NCBI GenBank assembly: GCA_900545265.1 | Contig: UQYI01000002.1 | Span: 16,472 to 80,471 of the forward strand | Direction of reading: 5' to 3' | DNA length: 64,000 bases | Origin: an uncultured Eubacteriales bacterium | Lineage (GTDB): Bacteria; Bacillota; Clostridia; Christensenellales; CAG-138 | Shown: in pieces, positions 10,881 through 19,473 of the stretch | Numbering within the stretch: the first letter of the stretch is position 1 | Layout of the letters: the number at the start of each line of letters is the position of its first letter | The notes under the pieces: generated by a model | Databases searched by the model: none | Seen by the model: only the letters and a program-made list of their open reading frames with translations | What the model was told of the DNA's origin: nothing | Program-made: the position numbers and the translations under genes

Positions 10881-11075
10881 TTATGGGTTCTGTATATCCG
10901 TATAAAACCGGGCCCAGGTAAGCACGCAGCCCTTCGCCGTATACGTTTCCTGCACCACCCGGGGCTCTCCCCCGGGGAGTCCCTTTCTGGAGCGGGTTTC
11001 CCGCAGCTCCACCTCCATACCCCGGCTTTTCAGCAGGGCCTCTGCCTTTTCTACCGGCCAGCCCAGCATCCCCAT
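10881..11075 (-). CDS. Small hypothetical protein (64 aa) translationally coupled to frr
   Basis: Its ATG overlaps the frr TGA stop (TGATG). Sequence [57 protein letters not shown] resembles a small alpha/beta (PASTA-like) pattern. No firm family assignment. Confidence 0.4.
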   Translation of the reverse strand: MGMLGWPVEKAEALLKSRGMEVELRETRSRKGLPGGEPRVVQETYTAKGCVLTWARFYTDIQNP

Positions 11076-11629
11076 CAAACGGACATGATCTCCTTTTCCT
11101 TGGCGGCGGAGATGGTGTCGATCTCTTTGATCTTTTCGTCGGTCAGCTTCTGGATCTTCTCTTCCAGCTTTTTCTGGTCGTCCTCGGTGATGAGGGAATC
11201 CTTCTTCTGCTTTTTGACCTGCTCGATGGCATCCCGGCGGATGGAGCGCACGGCTACCTTGCTCTCCTCAGCCTTCTTTTTGACCACCTTGCACAGCTCC
11301 TTACGGCGCTCTTCGGTGAGCTCCGGGAAGATAAGGCGGATGATCTTGCCGTCGTTGGCAGGGTTAATGCCCAGATCGCTCTTCTGAATGGCCTTCTCCA
11401 CGGCGGGGATCATTTTGCTGTCCCACAGGGAGATAACGAGCATCCGGGGCTCCGGCGTGGAAAGGTTGCCCAGCTGATTGATGGGCGTAGGCGTGCCGTA
11501 ATAATCCACCAGGATCCTGTCCAGGGCCTGGGGATTGGCTCTGCCGGCCCGCAGGGAGGCATACTCCTGGGTCATCACGCTGATGGTCTTGGTCATTTTA
11601 TCTTTGGCGGTATCGAGAATCTCTGCCAT
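11075..11629 (-). CDS. frr: Ribosome recycling factor
   Basis: 184 aa, typical RRF sequence (..[30 protein letters not shown]..), pyrH-frr synteny. Confidence 0.94.
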   Translation of the reverse strand: MAEILDTAKDKMTKTISVMTQEYASLRAGRANPQALDRILVDYYGTPTPINQLGNLSTPEPRMLVISLWDSKMIPAVEKAIQKSDLGINPANDGKIIRLIFPELTEERRKELCKVVKKKAEESKVAVRSIRRDAIEQVKKQKKDSLITEDDQKKLEEKIQKLTDEKIKEIDTISAAKEKEIMSV

Positions 11630-11680
11630 ATACTTTTCCCCCTTTATGTACGGTATTTATTATTATAGAGGAGAGACGGC

Positions 11681-12388
11681 TCAAATGCAAGCCTCTGCCC
11701 CGTCCTCGTCGATCAATGTCCCAATATTTTCACTTTCCAGTGCCTCGTGGAGTTTTTCCAGCGCAAAGCACTTGATGGGCATGTGCTGCTCCCGGCACAG
11801 GGTGATGGCCGTCAGATCCGTGGCATGGAGATTGTCTTCAATGACCTTTTGGTAACTGATGTGCCGGTAAGGCCGGGCGTTTTTATCCACCTTGGGATCG
11901 GCGCTGTACACCGCATCCACGTTTTTGGCCAGGAACAGAGCATCCGCTCCGATCTCGCAGGCTTTCAGAGCGGCGGCGGTATCCGTGGAGAAGAAGGGAC
12001 ATCCCGTACCGCAGGCAAAGATCACCACCGTACCGGCGGCCAGCAGCTCCAAAGCCCGGCGGCTGGTGTAGCTGTCGCAGAACTTGTCCATATCTACGGA
12101 GGAAAGCACCCTGCAGGGGACCCCCTGCCGCTCCAGACTGTCCTGCAGGGCCAGCGCATTGATGGCCGTGGCCAGCATGCCCATGTGATCCATGCGGTTC
12201 CTGTCCCGGCTGCCGGCGTCCCGGCCCCGGATGATGTTGCCGCCCCCCACCACTATGCCCAGCTCCAGCCCCTTTTGGGCCAGAGAGGCGATCTCAGCCG
12301 CCGCAGCATTGACCTTGTCAAAGCCGATAGGGGCCTCCTGGCCGCTGAGGGCTTCGCCGCTGATCTTTAAAAGAATTCTTTTATACAT
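11681..12388 (-). CDS. pyrH: UMP kinase
   Basis: 235 aa, YKRILLKISGEAL N-terminus, amino-acid kinase fold motifs. Confidence 0.94.
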   Translation of the reverse strand: MYKRILLKISGEALSGQEAPIGFDKVNAAAAEIASLAQKGLELGIVVGGGNIIRGRDAGSRDRNRMDHMGMLATAINALALQDSLERQGVPCRVLSSVDMDKFCDSYTSRRALELLAAGTVVIFACGTGCPFFSTDTAAALKACEIGADALFLAKNVDAVYSADPKVDKNARPYRHISYQKVIEDNLHATDLTAITLCREQHMPIKCFALEKLHEALESENIGTLIDEDGAEACI

Positions 12389-12635
12389 AAAAGGCCTCCT
12401 TGCGGCGTTTTCCTGCGCCGCTCTAAATTTAACCGGATACAGTATACCATATTCCCCCGCCCAGGGGAAGCCTTTTGTGCGCCGGAGGGCATCCGCCCTT
12501 CCCCGAAGCCGGATCTGCCCATACTTTACAAAATGCTTATTTTTTCTTCATGCTCTGTTCATGTTTCTGCCGAATAATCTTGACAGTAAACTGGCATACT
12601 TTGTCGAAATCAAACTATATTCCGGGAGGTTTTAT

Positions 12636-13754
12636 ATGCATCCGGCATCCCGTTTTTTCCGCACCGGCCTCTGTTCCGGGTTGGCTGCACTGCTCCTGCT
12701 TGCTTCCGGCTGCGCCGAAAAGGCCGTCTACACACCGGATCCCTCTGCCGTTCCCACCGCCGCTCCCGTCATAGAGGAATCATCCGGCTCCGTGGCGGCG
12801 GAGATCCCCGTTACGCCCTCGCCCCTGCCTACGGACACCCCTACCCCTGCGCCCACGGACACGCCCACACCCAGCCCCTCTCCTACGCCCCGGCCTTACG
12901 CAGACAAGTTTCTGGAAGCGGGAGCTTCTCCGGAGCTGACGGAGACCAGCTACCGGACGGAGGATGCCGCCATATTCATTGAGCAGCGTTCCGATACGGA
13001 GCACAAGTACGGCAAAGAGGATATTTTATATTTTCTGGCCGATATTTATCTGGAGGATGTGACCCGGCTGCGGGGCGCTTTCACCCGGGAGGATTTTACC
13101 CGTTACCACTATGTGGAGGATGTAAGCGAATTTGCCCAGCGTTTTGATGCCGTTGCGGCCATCTCCGGCGACTTTATCCGCTTCCGGGATACGGGCCTGT
13201 GCATGCGCAACGGCGTCTGGTACCGGCAGGAGCCCGATCCCAGGCGGGACGTATGCGTACTGACCCGGGAGGGCGTCATGGAAACCTACACTGCTCAGGA
13301 GCTGGATCTGGAGGGGCTTTTGCAGCGGGAGGATCTCTGGCACGTCATCGGCTTCGGCCCGGTGCTGCTGGATGAACAGGGGCAGGCCAGAACAACATTC
13401 AACACCACGGTTTCCGGCACCAATCCCCGGGCAGTGCTGGGATATTACGGCCCCGGCCACTACTGCTTCCTGTTTGTAGAGGGGCGCACCAAAAGTTCCC
13501 AGGGCATCACCATGGAGGCCCTGTCCCGGCTCTGTCAGGATCTGGGCTTGACCCGTGCTTTCAATCTGGACGGAGGTGAAACGGCGGCTCTGTACTTTAA
13601 CGGCGCCATTCAAAACTCCAAGAGCCGGTCCACCCGGCCCATCCACGATCTGCTGTATATCGGCTATACGAGCCCGGAGCCCGAAGCTTCCGAAGCACCG
13701 GCTGCCACCGCTCCCGGTGAATCCCTGCCGCCGGATACTGCCCCCGAAGACTGA
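12636..13754 (+). CDS. Lipoprotein with phosphodiester glycosidase (DUF2233/NAGPA-like) domain
   Basis: Internal ATG preceded by a GGGAGG RBS. Signal peptide plus lipobox LLLASGC, a P/T-rich linker, then AISGDF..GFGPVLL..NPRAVLGYYGPGHYCFLFVEGR..AFNLDGGETAALYFNG. Confidence 0.75.
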   Translation: MHPASRFFRTGLCSGLAALLLLASGCAEKAVYTPDPSAVPTAAPVIEESSGSVAAEIPVTPSPLPTDTPTPAPTDTPTPSPSPTPRPYADKFLEAGASPELTETSYRTEDAAIFIEQRSDTEHKYGKEDILYFLADIYLEDVTRLRGAFTREDFTRYHYVEDVSEFAQRFDAVAAISGDFIRFRDTGLCMRNGVWYRQEPDPRRDVCVLTREGVMETYTAQELDLEGLLQREDLWHVIGFGPVLLDEQGQARTTFNTTVSGTNPRAVLGYYGPGHYCFLFVEGRTKSSQGITMEALSRLCQDLGLTRAFNLDGGETAALYFNGAIQNSKSRSTRPIHDLLYIGYTSPEPEASEAPAATAPGESLPPDTAPED

Positions 13755-13777
13755 TCCTATTATCCCAAAACCACATC

Positions 13778-13808
13778 AGCCCCTGTCCGCCGGACGGGGG
13801 CTTTTTTA
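13778..13808 (+). terminator. Rho-independent terminator of the glycosidase gene
   Basis: agcccctgtcc-gcc-ggacgggggct hairpin (11 bp with one G-U pair) followed by TTTTTT. Confidence 0.7.
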
Positions 13809-14136
13809 TGGAGAACCCGGCTTCAGGCCTATGGGAACATACGGCCTGCCGGATACGCAAAACGGTGCGTCGGGAGTGCCGTTCGCCAGAAGATTCCTGC
13901 CCAGATGTGCCTCTGACCTTGCAAGGGGACAGTTTTGCAGCTTAGGGCTTGCATAGGCCCGGTTTCTCACCGGCAGGCACAGCGGAGGACGAAGGTATCT
14001 CTGTAAGCTTTTGGGAATGCGTTGACGATGAAGCTGTTCTTTCGGTAAAGTCTGCCGCCTCTCCATCGGTTTCGTTCCAACGCATATGCAAGCCCATGCC
14101 CTCTGCTACCGTCCGGATCATACAGGAACCGGTCCG

Positions 14137-14178
14137 CAAAACAAACGGGCCCCGGGGAAGCATTCTTCCTCCGGGCCC
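14137..14178 (-). terminator. Rho-independent terminator downstream of srtB
   Basis: On the minus strand: gggcccggaggaag-aat-gcttccccggggccc GC-rich hairpin followed by GTTTGTTTTG. Confidence 0.6.
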
Positions 14179-14198
14179 GCTGTATGGATCCGTTTGCT

Positions 14199-15104
14199 TT
14201 ACATTCTGGCATCCTGCGCCAGTATCTGTATGCTTTCGGGCGTTTCCCCCTCCCGCAGGGCCCGTGCATACACCAGCAGCCGTCCGTTGGTATCAAAGTA
14301 GCTGCAAGTGATCATGCACAGGATCTTATCTTCGCCGTTCACGTCTATGGGCGTGGAATAATAAGAACGATCCTGTATATCCGCCAGAAAGCTCTCCCGG
14401 TAAGCGGGGTCCTTCCATTCCTTAAAGCAGCGGATGCGCAGATAGTTCCGCTCGTTGGTGGTGGCCGAAACATCCAGTACCGCAAAGATGGCATACTGCC
14501 GGGGCGTCTCCTCATACAGCATCCCGAATTCCGCCAGAGGATACTTTTTGTAATACTCTATGTCCCGGTATTCCCTCAGCCCGGAAAACATGGTCTTATC
14601 CGAAAACTGATGGCCATACAGCACCAGATACGGGTCGTTTTCATAATCCGTATTGGCTTCATCCAGCAGAATGGTCCCGTGGGTGCTGTATTTTCCATAC
14701 AGATCCCGGTGCAGATAATAGGAATTATCCTTCTGCACCACCGGCCCGTCGACCAGATCCCCGGCGGTGATCCATCCTACCAGATCCTGATTGACGGCAT
14801 ACAGGGCCTCATACTGGGGGGCTATGGTGCGCTCTGCCGGCGGCGCAGGTGTGGGCGTTTCTTCCGCCGTCCCGGCAGGGTCGTCGGATCCGGGCGCTTC
14901 CGTCTTTTCGGCGGGTTCCGCCGGTACAGCCGTGGGGGCGGCCGTAGCGCCGTACAGCGACCGGATCTGCTCCTGCTCTTTGGCCTCCCGTTTCTTCTGC
15001 ACGGTCATGGACAGATACAGTCCCAGCAGGACTGCCGCCCCCACAAACAGGCATATGGCCAGTATTTTCAGCCGGAGGGCCGCCTTTTTTCGGGAATGTT
15101 CCAT
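14199..15104 (-). CDS. srtB: Class B sortase
   Basis: N-terminal TM anchor. Catalytic His in LVLYGHQF, Cys in LCMITCSY (TLxTC-like), Arg in RLLVYARAL. The length and motif spacing fit the SrtB type. Confidence 0.85.
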   Translation of the reverse strand: MEHSRKKAALRLKILAICLFVGAAVLLGLYLSMTVQKKREAKEQEQIRSLYGATAAPTAVPAEPAEKTEAPGSDDPAGTAEETPTPAPPAERTIAPQYEALYAVNQDLVGWITAGDLVDGPVVQKDNSYYLHRDLYGKYSTHGTILLDEANTDYENDPYLVLYGHQFSDKTMFSGLREYRDIEYYKKYPLAEFGMLYEETPRQYAIFAVLDVSATTNERNYLRIRCFKEWKDPAYRESFLADIQDRSYYSTPIDVNGEDKILCMITCSYFDTNGRLLVYARALREGETPESIQILAQDARM

Positions 15105-15176
15105 GGGTTCTCCTTATACGCAGGATGCGGAGGATAACTCCCCCGCATCCCTGTCTTCAGTCGATTTTATAGTGTC

Positions 15177-18100
15177 TTAGTCTTCCTTCCGGGAAGCCCG
15201 CTTGGAGCCGACCGCTGCTGCGCAGCCTGCCGCTGCCATAAGGGCCATGCCGAGCAGGGAAGCGATCCGGGTGACGCGGTTCACATCGCCGGTGCTGGGC
15301 ACATCGCTGGTGCCGGGTACGTACCAGGTCGCGGTGTAGACCACATCGCCGGAAACGGTCTCGGCCACTTCGGGCTTCCAGCCATGGAAGCGGAAGCCTT
15401 CCCGCTTGGGCGTGCCCTCAAAGGCGGGAGTCTTTTCGCCGTACATGACTTCGTAACCCTGTGCCTTAAAGGCCTTGCCCTTCACACCGTCCTCGTAGGT
15501 AACGGTGTATACGTCTCTGTCATAGTATACGGAGAGCGCTGCGCCGCCGGGGATGCCATCGCCTTCACGCATGATCGTTCCCTTCAAAACGGATTTCTCC
15601 GCATTCAGGTGGAAGTGCTCGGGGATGGGCTCCACGTCTGCTTCAACCTCTGCACCATACAGGGCGTTGAAGCTCAGCTCCTTCATCAGGGTGTAGCTGC
15701 CGTCCAGCTCCTGCATATAGTAGGATACAAGGCAGGTGTTCCAGCCGGGCGTGTACTGCGCCGTATAGGTCTGGTTTTCGGTGACCTTTTCAGCCACTTC
15801 GGGGGTCCAGCCGTTGAACTCATAGAGTTCCCAGGCTTCTGCGCCCTGCCAGGTAGCGGGTGCATCAAAGGCGGGGGTCTGTTCCCCTTCCTTCACGGTG
15901 AACATCTGGTCTGCAAAGACCTTGCCGTCCATGCCGTCGGTATAGGTGACGGTGTAAAGCTTGGCCCACTGTGCCACATAGGTGACGTTTGCCGTAACGG
16001 TATCGGCCACTGCAGGCTGCCAGCCCAGGAAGGCATAGCCTTCGCGCTCCGGCTTGCCCTCAAAGGCGGGGGTAGCGGTGTTGTTGCGCACGGTATGGAC
16101 CTGATCGGCAAAGATCTCTTCGCCTTCCGCGCCGTCAGTGTAGGTAACGGTGCGGTACAGGGCCAGATTCACCTTGATGTAGTTGGCCACTACAGAGGTG
16201 AGGTTGCTTTCGAACATGTTGCCGAACCGGTCGGGCTCGGTACGGGGGATCTTCCAGCTGCCCCTCTTGGGGTTGGTCGTGCTGGAGGGCACCCAGGTCA
16301 GGTTCAGCACCTGATCTGCAGGCCGCTCTTCGGTAAAGTCGTAAGTCCAGTCGCCGTTCCATTCCGGATATCTGACGCCCCAGCTCTTGGTGGTGTTGAA
16401 TACGTTGCGGGCTGCGGCTTCAAATTTGTCGCCGGAAACAAAGTGGAAGGTCACGGTGGTGGTGTAGCCATCCACATCGTTGCCCTCTACCGCGCCGATG
16501 GTGTAGGATACACCCTTGGCATGGATGGAGGGGGAGCAGCTCCACATCTCTTTGAGGGTGGAGAGCACTTCCGTGCCGGAGGCATAGGCCCGGATCTGCA
16601 TCTTGTCTACGGTGGTCTTGGTCAGCTTGGAAGGCTTATTCTTGGTATCCTTCTCCCACTGGGCCACATAGGTAGCATCGCCGGTAACGGTTTCCGCCAC
16701 AGCGGGTTCCCAGCCGACGAACTTCCAGTTGGTACGGGTAGGCGTGCCCTGGAATTTAGGCGTAGCTTCGCCCACCTTGGCATAATAGGTCTGAGCGGCA
16801 AAGACTTCGCCGTTCACGCCGTCTTCATAAGTGATGACGGGGAGCTTTTTCCAGGTTGCGGTGTAGGTGGCATTGCCGGTAACGGTGGCAGCTACCTCAG
16901 GAGTCCAGCCCAGGAATTCATAACCCACTCTGGAGGGTTCGCCGTTGAATTCAGGAGTAGCGTCATCAGGCTTTACATTATAGACCTGGTCGGCAAAGGC
17001 TTCTCCGCCCACGCCGTCGGTATAAGTCACCACGTAGCGGCGGTATACCCACAGTTCTTTTCCGTTCAGCTTCTCACGGTTATCCGCCCAAGTGGAGGCA
17101 TCCACCGTCCAGCCGGAACCATCCTGTGCATAGTCTATAACGTCGGACTTTGCAGTATACTTGAGCTTATAAGTAAAGGTAGCCGTGGTCTTTTCCGTAT
17201 CTACTATATAAGAGGGCGCATCCCCACCGGCATTGTACTTCGTATTGAAGGCCTGTACATACGCATCCAGATTGGTGATGGTCAGCTCTGCCCAGAAAGC
17301 GCCGTTCTCATCCTTGGTCACTTTGCTGATGGTGTAGGTGCCATCCAGCAGCTGCTTACCCGTGTACTTGGTGTTGTTCTTAACGTTATCAGTGTCCCGT
17401 ACCCAAAGGAGGGTGCCGCTGATCTTGGCGGCCACGGGCGCTGCGGGTGCGGTGTAGCACCATACGTCCACATACTGCGTGCCATCGGGCAGCCAGAGAC
17501 CATTGGTAGCATTACCGGATGCGTTTTCACCGCTGACGTCGGGATTCCACACTAGCTTGATATCGGCTGTACGAACGGTCTTGCCATTCTCATCGGTATG
17601 GTAATGCTTGTGCCCCCATACCTTATCAGGACAATGCACACCGACAGCCAGCAGGGTCTGTACGTTGGTGATTTGGGCAGTGGCTACCCACACACCGCGA
17701 TCTGCATCATAGCTCTTATCGCCTTTGTACTTTACATAGCTGCCAAACCAGTTGTAGGTCTGATCCTCATGCTCGCTTACCGTAGTGCAGCGGAACTTGA
17801 ACAGAGCCTTGGCGCTGTTGGAGCCACTGGGAACGGCGGGTTCTGCCACTTCCCACTGGGCTACATAGTTGACGTCCTTGGTGACGGTTTCTGCCACTTC
17901 AGGCAGCCAGCCCTTGAACACATAGTTGGCGCGGGCAGGTGTACCCTGGAAGGCCGGAGTCGGTCCGTCCTTGATCACATCATATTCCTGAGTTTCAAAG
18001 GCCTTGCCTTCTGCGCCGTCGGAATAGGTCACGGTGAAGCCTTCCGCCCAGGTGGCGGTATAGGTCGCATCCGCATAGACCTTCTCGGCCACTTCGGGCT

Positions 18101-19187
18101 CCCAGCCCTGGAACACATAGCCCTTGCGCCGCAGAGATCCCTCATAAGCGGGAGTGTCGCTGCCGTTGAGCACGGTATGGACCTGATCGGCAAAGGCTGC
18201 TCCTTCCACGCCGTCGGTATAGGTAACGGTGCGGGGCAGCATCATCAGCAGCTTTACATAATTGGAGACTGCATGCAGACCCACATAGCTGTTGTCAAAA
18301 GTAGACTTGAGCTTCCAGCTGCCGGTCCACTTGTTGGCGATCTTGTTGAACGTACGTACCCAATACAGAGTAACGGTCTGGTCGGCGGGATATGCTTCGG
18401 TAAAGTCATATACCCAGTTGCCGTTCCAGTCTTTCCAGTAACGAAGGGCGGTAAAGTGCCGGTCGGTATTGTATACCTCTCTGGCGGCCAGTTCCAGCTT
18501 ATCGCCGGACTTGAAGTGGAAGGTCATGGTGGCGGTGTAGCCGTCCACATCATTGCCCTCCACGGGGCCGAGCTCATAGGGAACATCCTTGGCAGTGACC
18601 TTGCTGGGAGAGCAGCTGTCCATCTGGAAGCCGTTGGCGATCTCCGTACCGCCAAAGTATACCCGGAACTTCATAGACTTCAGCTCTTTATCGCTGAGCT
18701 TGACGGAAGCAGGCTTATTCTTGGTATCCTTCTCCCACTGGGCTACATAAGTGGCCTCTCCGGTAACGGTTTCCGCCACAGCGGGTTCCCAGCCGATGAA
18801 CTTCCAGTTCTCTCTGACAGGCGTGCCCTGGAAAGCCGGGGTAGCTTCGCCGGCCTTGGCATAATAGGTCTGGGCAGCAAAGACTTCGCCGTTCACGCCG
18901 TCCTCATACGTGATGGCATAGGTCGTTTCCGGAACTTCCGGAGATTCGGAAGGCTCCTCCGATGCCGGGGCTTCACTCTTGGGAGCTTCGGTAGCGGGTG
19001 CGGGAGTTGATTCTTCCTGGGGCTGCACAGGCTGCTGTTCTGCAACCTCGGCGGCAGGCTTCTCTAACAGCTGCTCCGCAGGAGTCTCAACTTCTTCCTT
19101 CTCGGCCAGTACGCCTACGGGGAGCATGGTGAGCACCATGATCACGGCAGACACAAAGGCGAGCATACGCTTGAGATTCTTTTTCAT
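15177..19187 (-). CDS. Cell-wall-anchored repeat adhesin (8 Listeria-Bacteroides/Flg_new-type repeats, C-terminal VPSTG sorting signal)
   Basis: Signal peptide MKKNLKRMLAFVSAVIMVLTMLPVGVLA. Eight units of the form TYxDG..F..Q....G...P.F.G.P.R.G..F.GW.PEVAExV..N.TY.A.W. The C-terminus has VPSTG (nt 15288-15302), then a hydrophobic stretch and a KRASRKED tail. Confidence 0.85.
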   Translation of the reverse strand: MKKNLKRMLAFVSAVIMVLTMLPVGVLAEKEEVETPAEQLLEKPAAEVAEQQPVQPQEESTPAPATEAPKSEAPASEEPSESPEVPETTYAITYEDGVNGEVFAAQTYYAKAGEATPAFQGTPVRENWKFIGWEPAVAETVTGEATYVAQWEKDTKNKPASVKLSDKELKSMKFRVYFGGTEIANGFQMDSCSPSKVTAKDVPYELGPVEGNDVDGYTATMTFHFKSGDKLELAAREVYNTDRHFTALRYWKDWNGNWVYDFTEAYPADQTVTLYWVRTFNKIANKWTGSWKLKSTFDNSYVGLHAVSNYVKLLMMLPRTVTYTDGVEGAAFADQVHTVLNGSDTPAYEGSLRRKGYVFQGWEPEVAEKVYADATYTATWAEGFTVTYSDGAEGKAFETQEYDVIKDGPTPAFQGTPARANYVFKGWLPEVAETVTKDVNYVAQWEVAEPAVPSGSNSAKALFKFRCTTVSEHEDQTYNWFGSYVKYKGDKSYDADRGVWVATAQITNVQTLLAVGVHCPDKVWGHKHYHTDENGKTVRTADIKLVWNPDVSGENASGNATNGLWLPDGTQYVDVWCYTAPAAPVAAKISGTLLWVRDTDNVKNNTKYTGKQLLDGTYTISKVTKDENGAFWAELTITNLDAYVQAFNTKYNAGGDAPSYIVDTEKTTATFTYKLKYTAKSDVIDYAQDGSGWTVDASTWADNREKLNGKELWVYRRYVVTYTDGVGGEAFADQVYNVKPDDATPEFNGEPSRVGYEFLGWTPEVAATVTGNATYTATWKKLPVITYEDGVNGEVFAAQTYYAKVGEATPKFQGTPTRTNWKFVGWEPAVAETVTGDATYVAQWEKDTKNKPSKLTKTTVDKMQIRAYASGTEVLSTLKEMWSCSPSIHAKGVSYTIGAVEGNDVDGYTTTVTFHFVSGDKFEAAARNVFNTTKSWGVRYPEWNGDWTYDFTEERPADQVLNLTWVPSSTTNPKRGSWKIPRTEPDRFGNMFESNLTSVVANYIKVNLALYRTVTYTDGAEGEEIFADQVHTVRNNTATPAFEGKPEREGYAFLGWQPAVADTVTANVTYVAQWAKLYTVTYTDGMDGKVFADQMFTVKEGEQTPAFDAPATWQGAEAWELYEFNGWTPEVAEKVTENQTYTAQYTPGWNTCLVSYYMQELDGSYTLMKELSFNALYGAEVEADVEPIPEHFHLNAEKSVLKGTIMREGDGIPGGAALSVYYDRDVYTVTYEDGVKGKAFKAQGYEVMYGEKTPAFEGTPKREGFRFHGWKPEVAETVSGDVVYTATWYVPGTSDVPSTGDVNRVTRIASLLGMALMAAAGCAAAVGSKRASRKED
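15966..16838 (-). repeat. Intragenic segmental duplication, block B (aa 784-1074 of the adhesin)
   Basis: Collinear with block A at an offset of 693 aa. Shares exact nucleotide runs with block A, e.g. aggcttattcttggtatccttctcccactgggc and ccggtaacggtttccgccacagcgggttcccagccga. Confidence 0.8.
18048..18917 (-). repeat. Intragenic segmental duplication, block A (aa 91-380 of the adhesin)
   Basis: See block B. The first ~70 aa are near-identical (ITYEDGVNGEVFAAQTYYAK.GEATP.FQGTP.R.NWKF.GWEPAVAETVTG.ATYVAQWEKDTKNKP). Confidence 0.8.
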
Positions 19188-19423
19188 GCCATTCTCCTTT
19201 CATTTGATACCCTTGTTTTGGGTGGCATATAGAAAATGTCCTATCATTTTCCATCTATAAGTTACCACACATGGAGACGCCTTGCAAGACCAAATTGTAT
19301 GTTTTTTACTGAATTTTTATCAGATCATTCATATATGATATATCGTACATATTTTGCTGCAATTCAACAAAAAAATACAGAAAATCCTGCATATTCCCCT
19401 CCGTCTTCCCTCCCGGCGGACAC

Positions 19424-19453
19424 AAAAAGAGCCCGGGGACTTGCCTCGGGCTC
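19424..19453 (-). terminator. Rho-independent terminator downstream of the Ig-like protein gene
   Basis: On the minus strand: gagcccgaggcaagtccccgggctc hairpin followed by TTTTT. Confidence 0.6.
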
Positions 19454-19473
19454 CTGCCTGAAATATGAAAGGA

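Noticed and set aside
13809-14136. Spacer as RNase P RNA, tmRNA, SRP RNA or a cobalamin riboswitch
   Set aside because: The hallmark motifs are absent on both strands: GAGGAAAGUCC (P4), the GGUUCGAAUCC T-arm with a CCA end, the GGUCCGGAAGGAAGCAGC helix 8, and the B12 box. It is kept only as an unclassified candidate.
15384-19010. 723-aa and 470-aa + strand ORFs
   Set aside because: They are antisense to the adhesin gene, and their apparent internal repeats only mirror the adhesin repeats.
15177-19187. Periodic repeats as a possible CRISPR array
   Set aside because: The repeats are in frame, ~65-70 aa long and imperfect, and they encode a recognisable protein repeat. No short identical direct repeats with unique spacers occur anywhere in the window.
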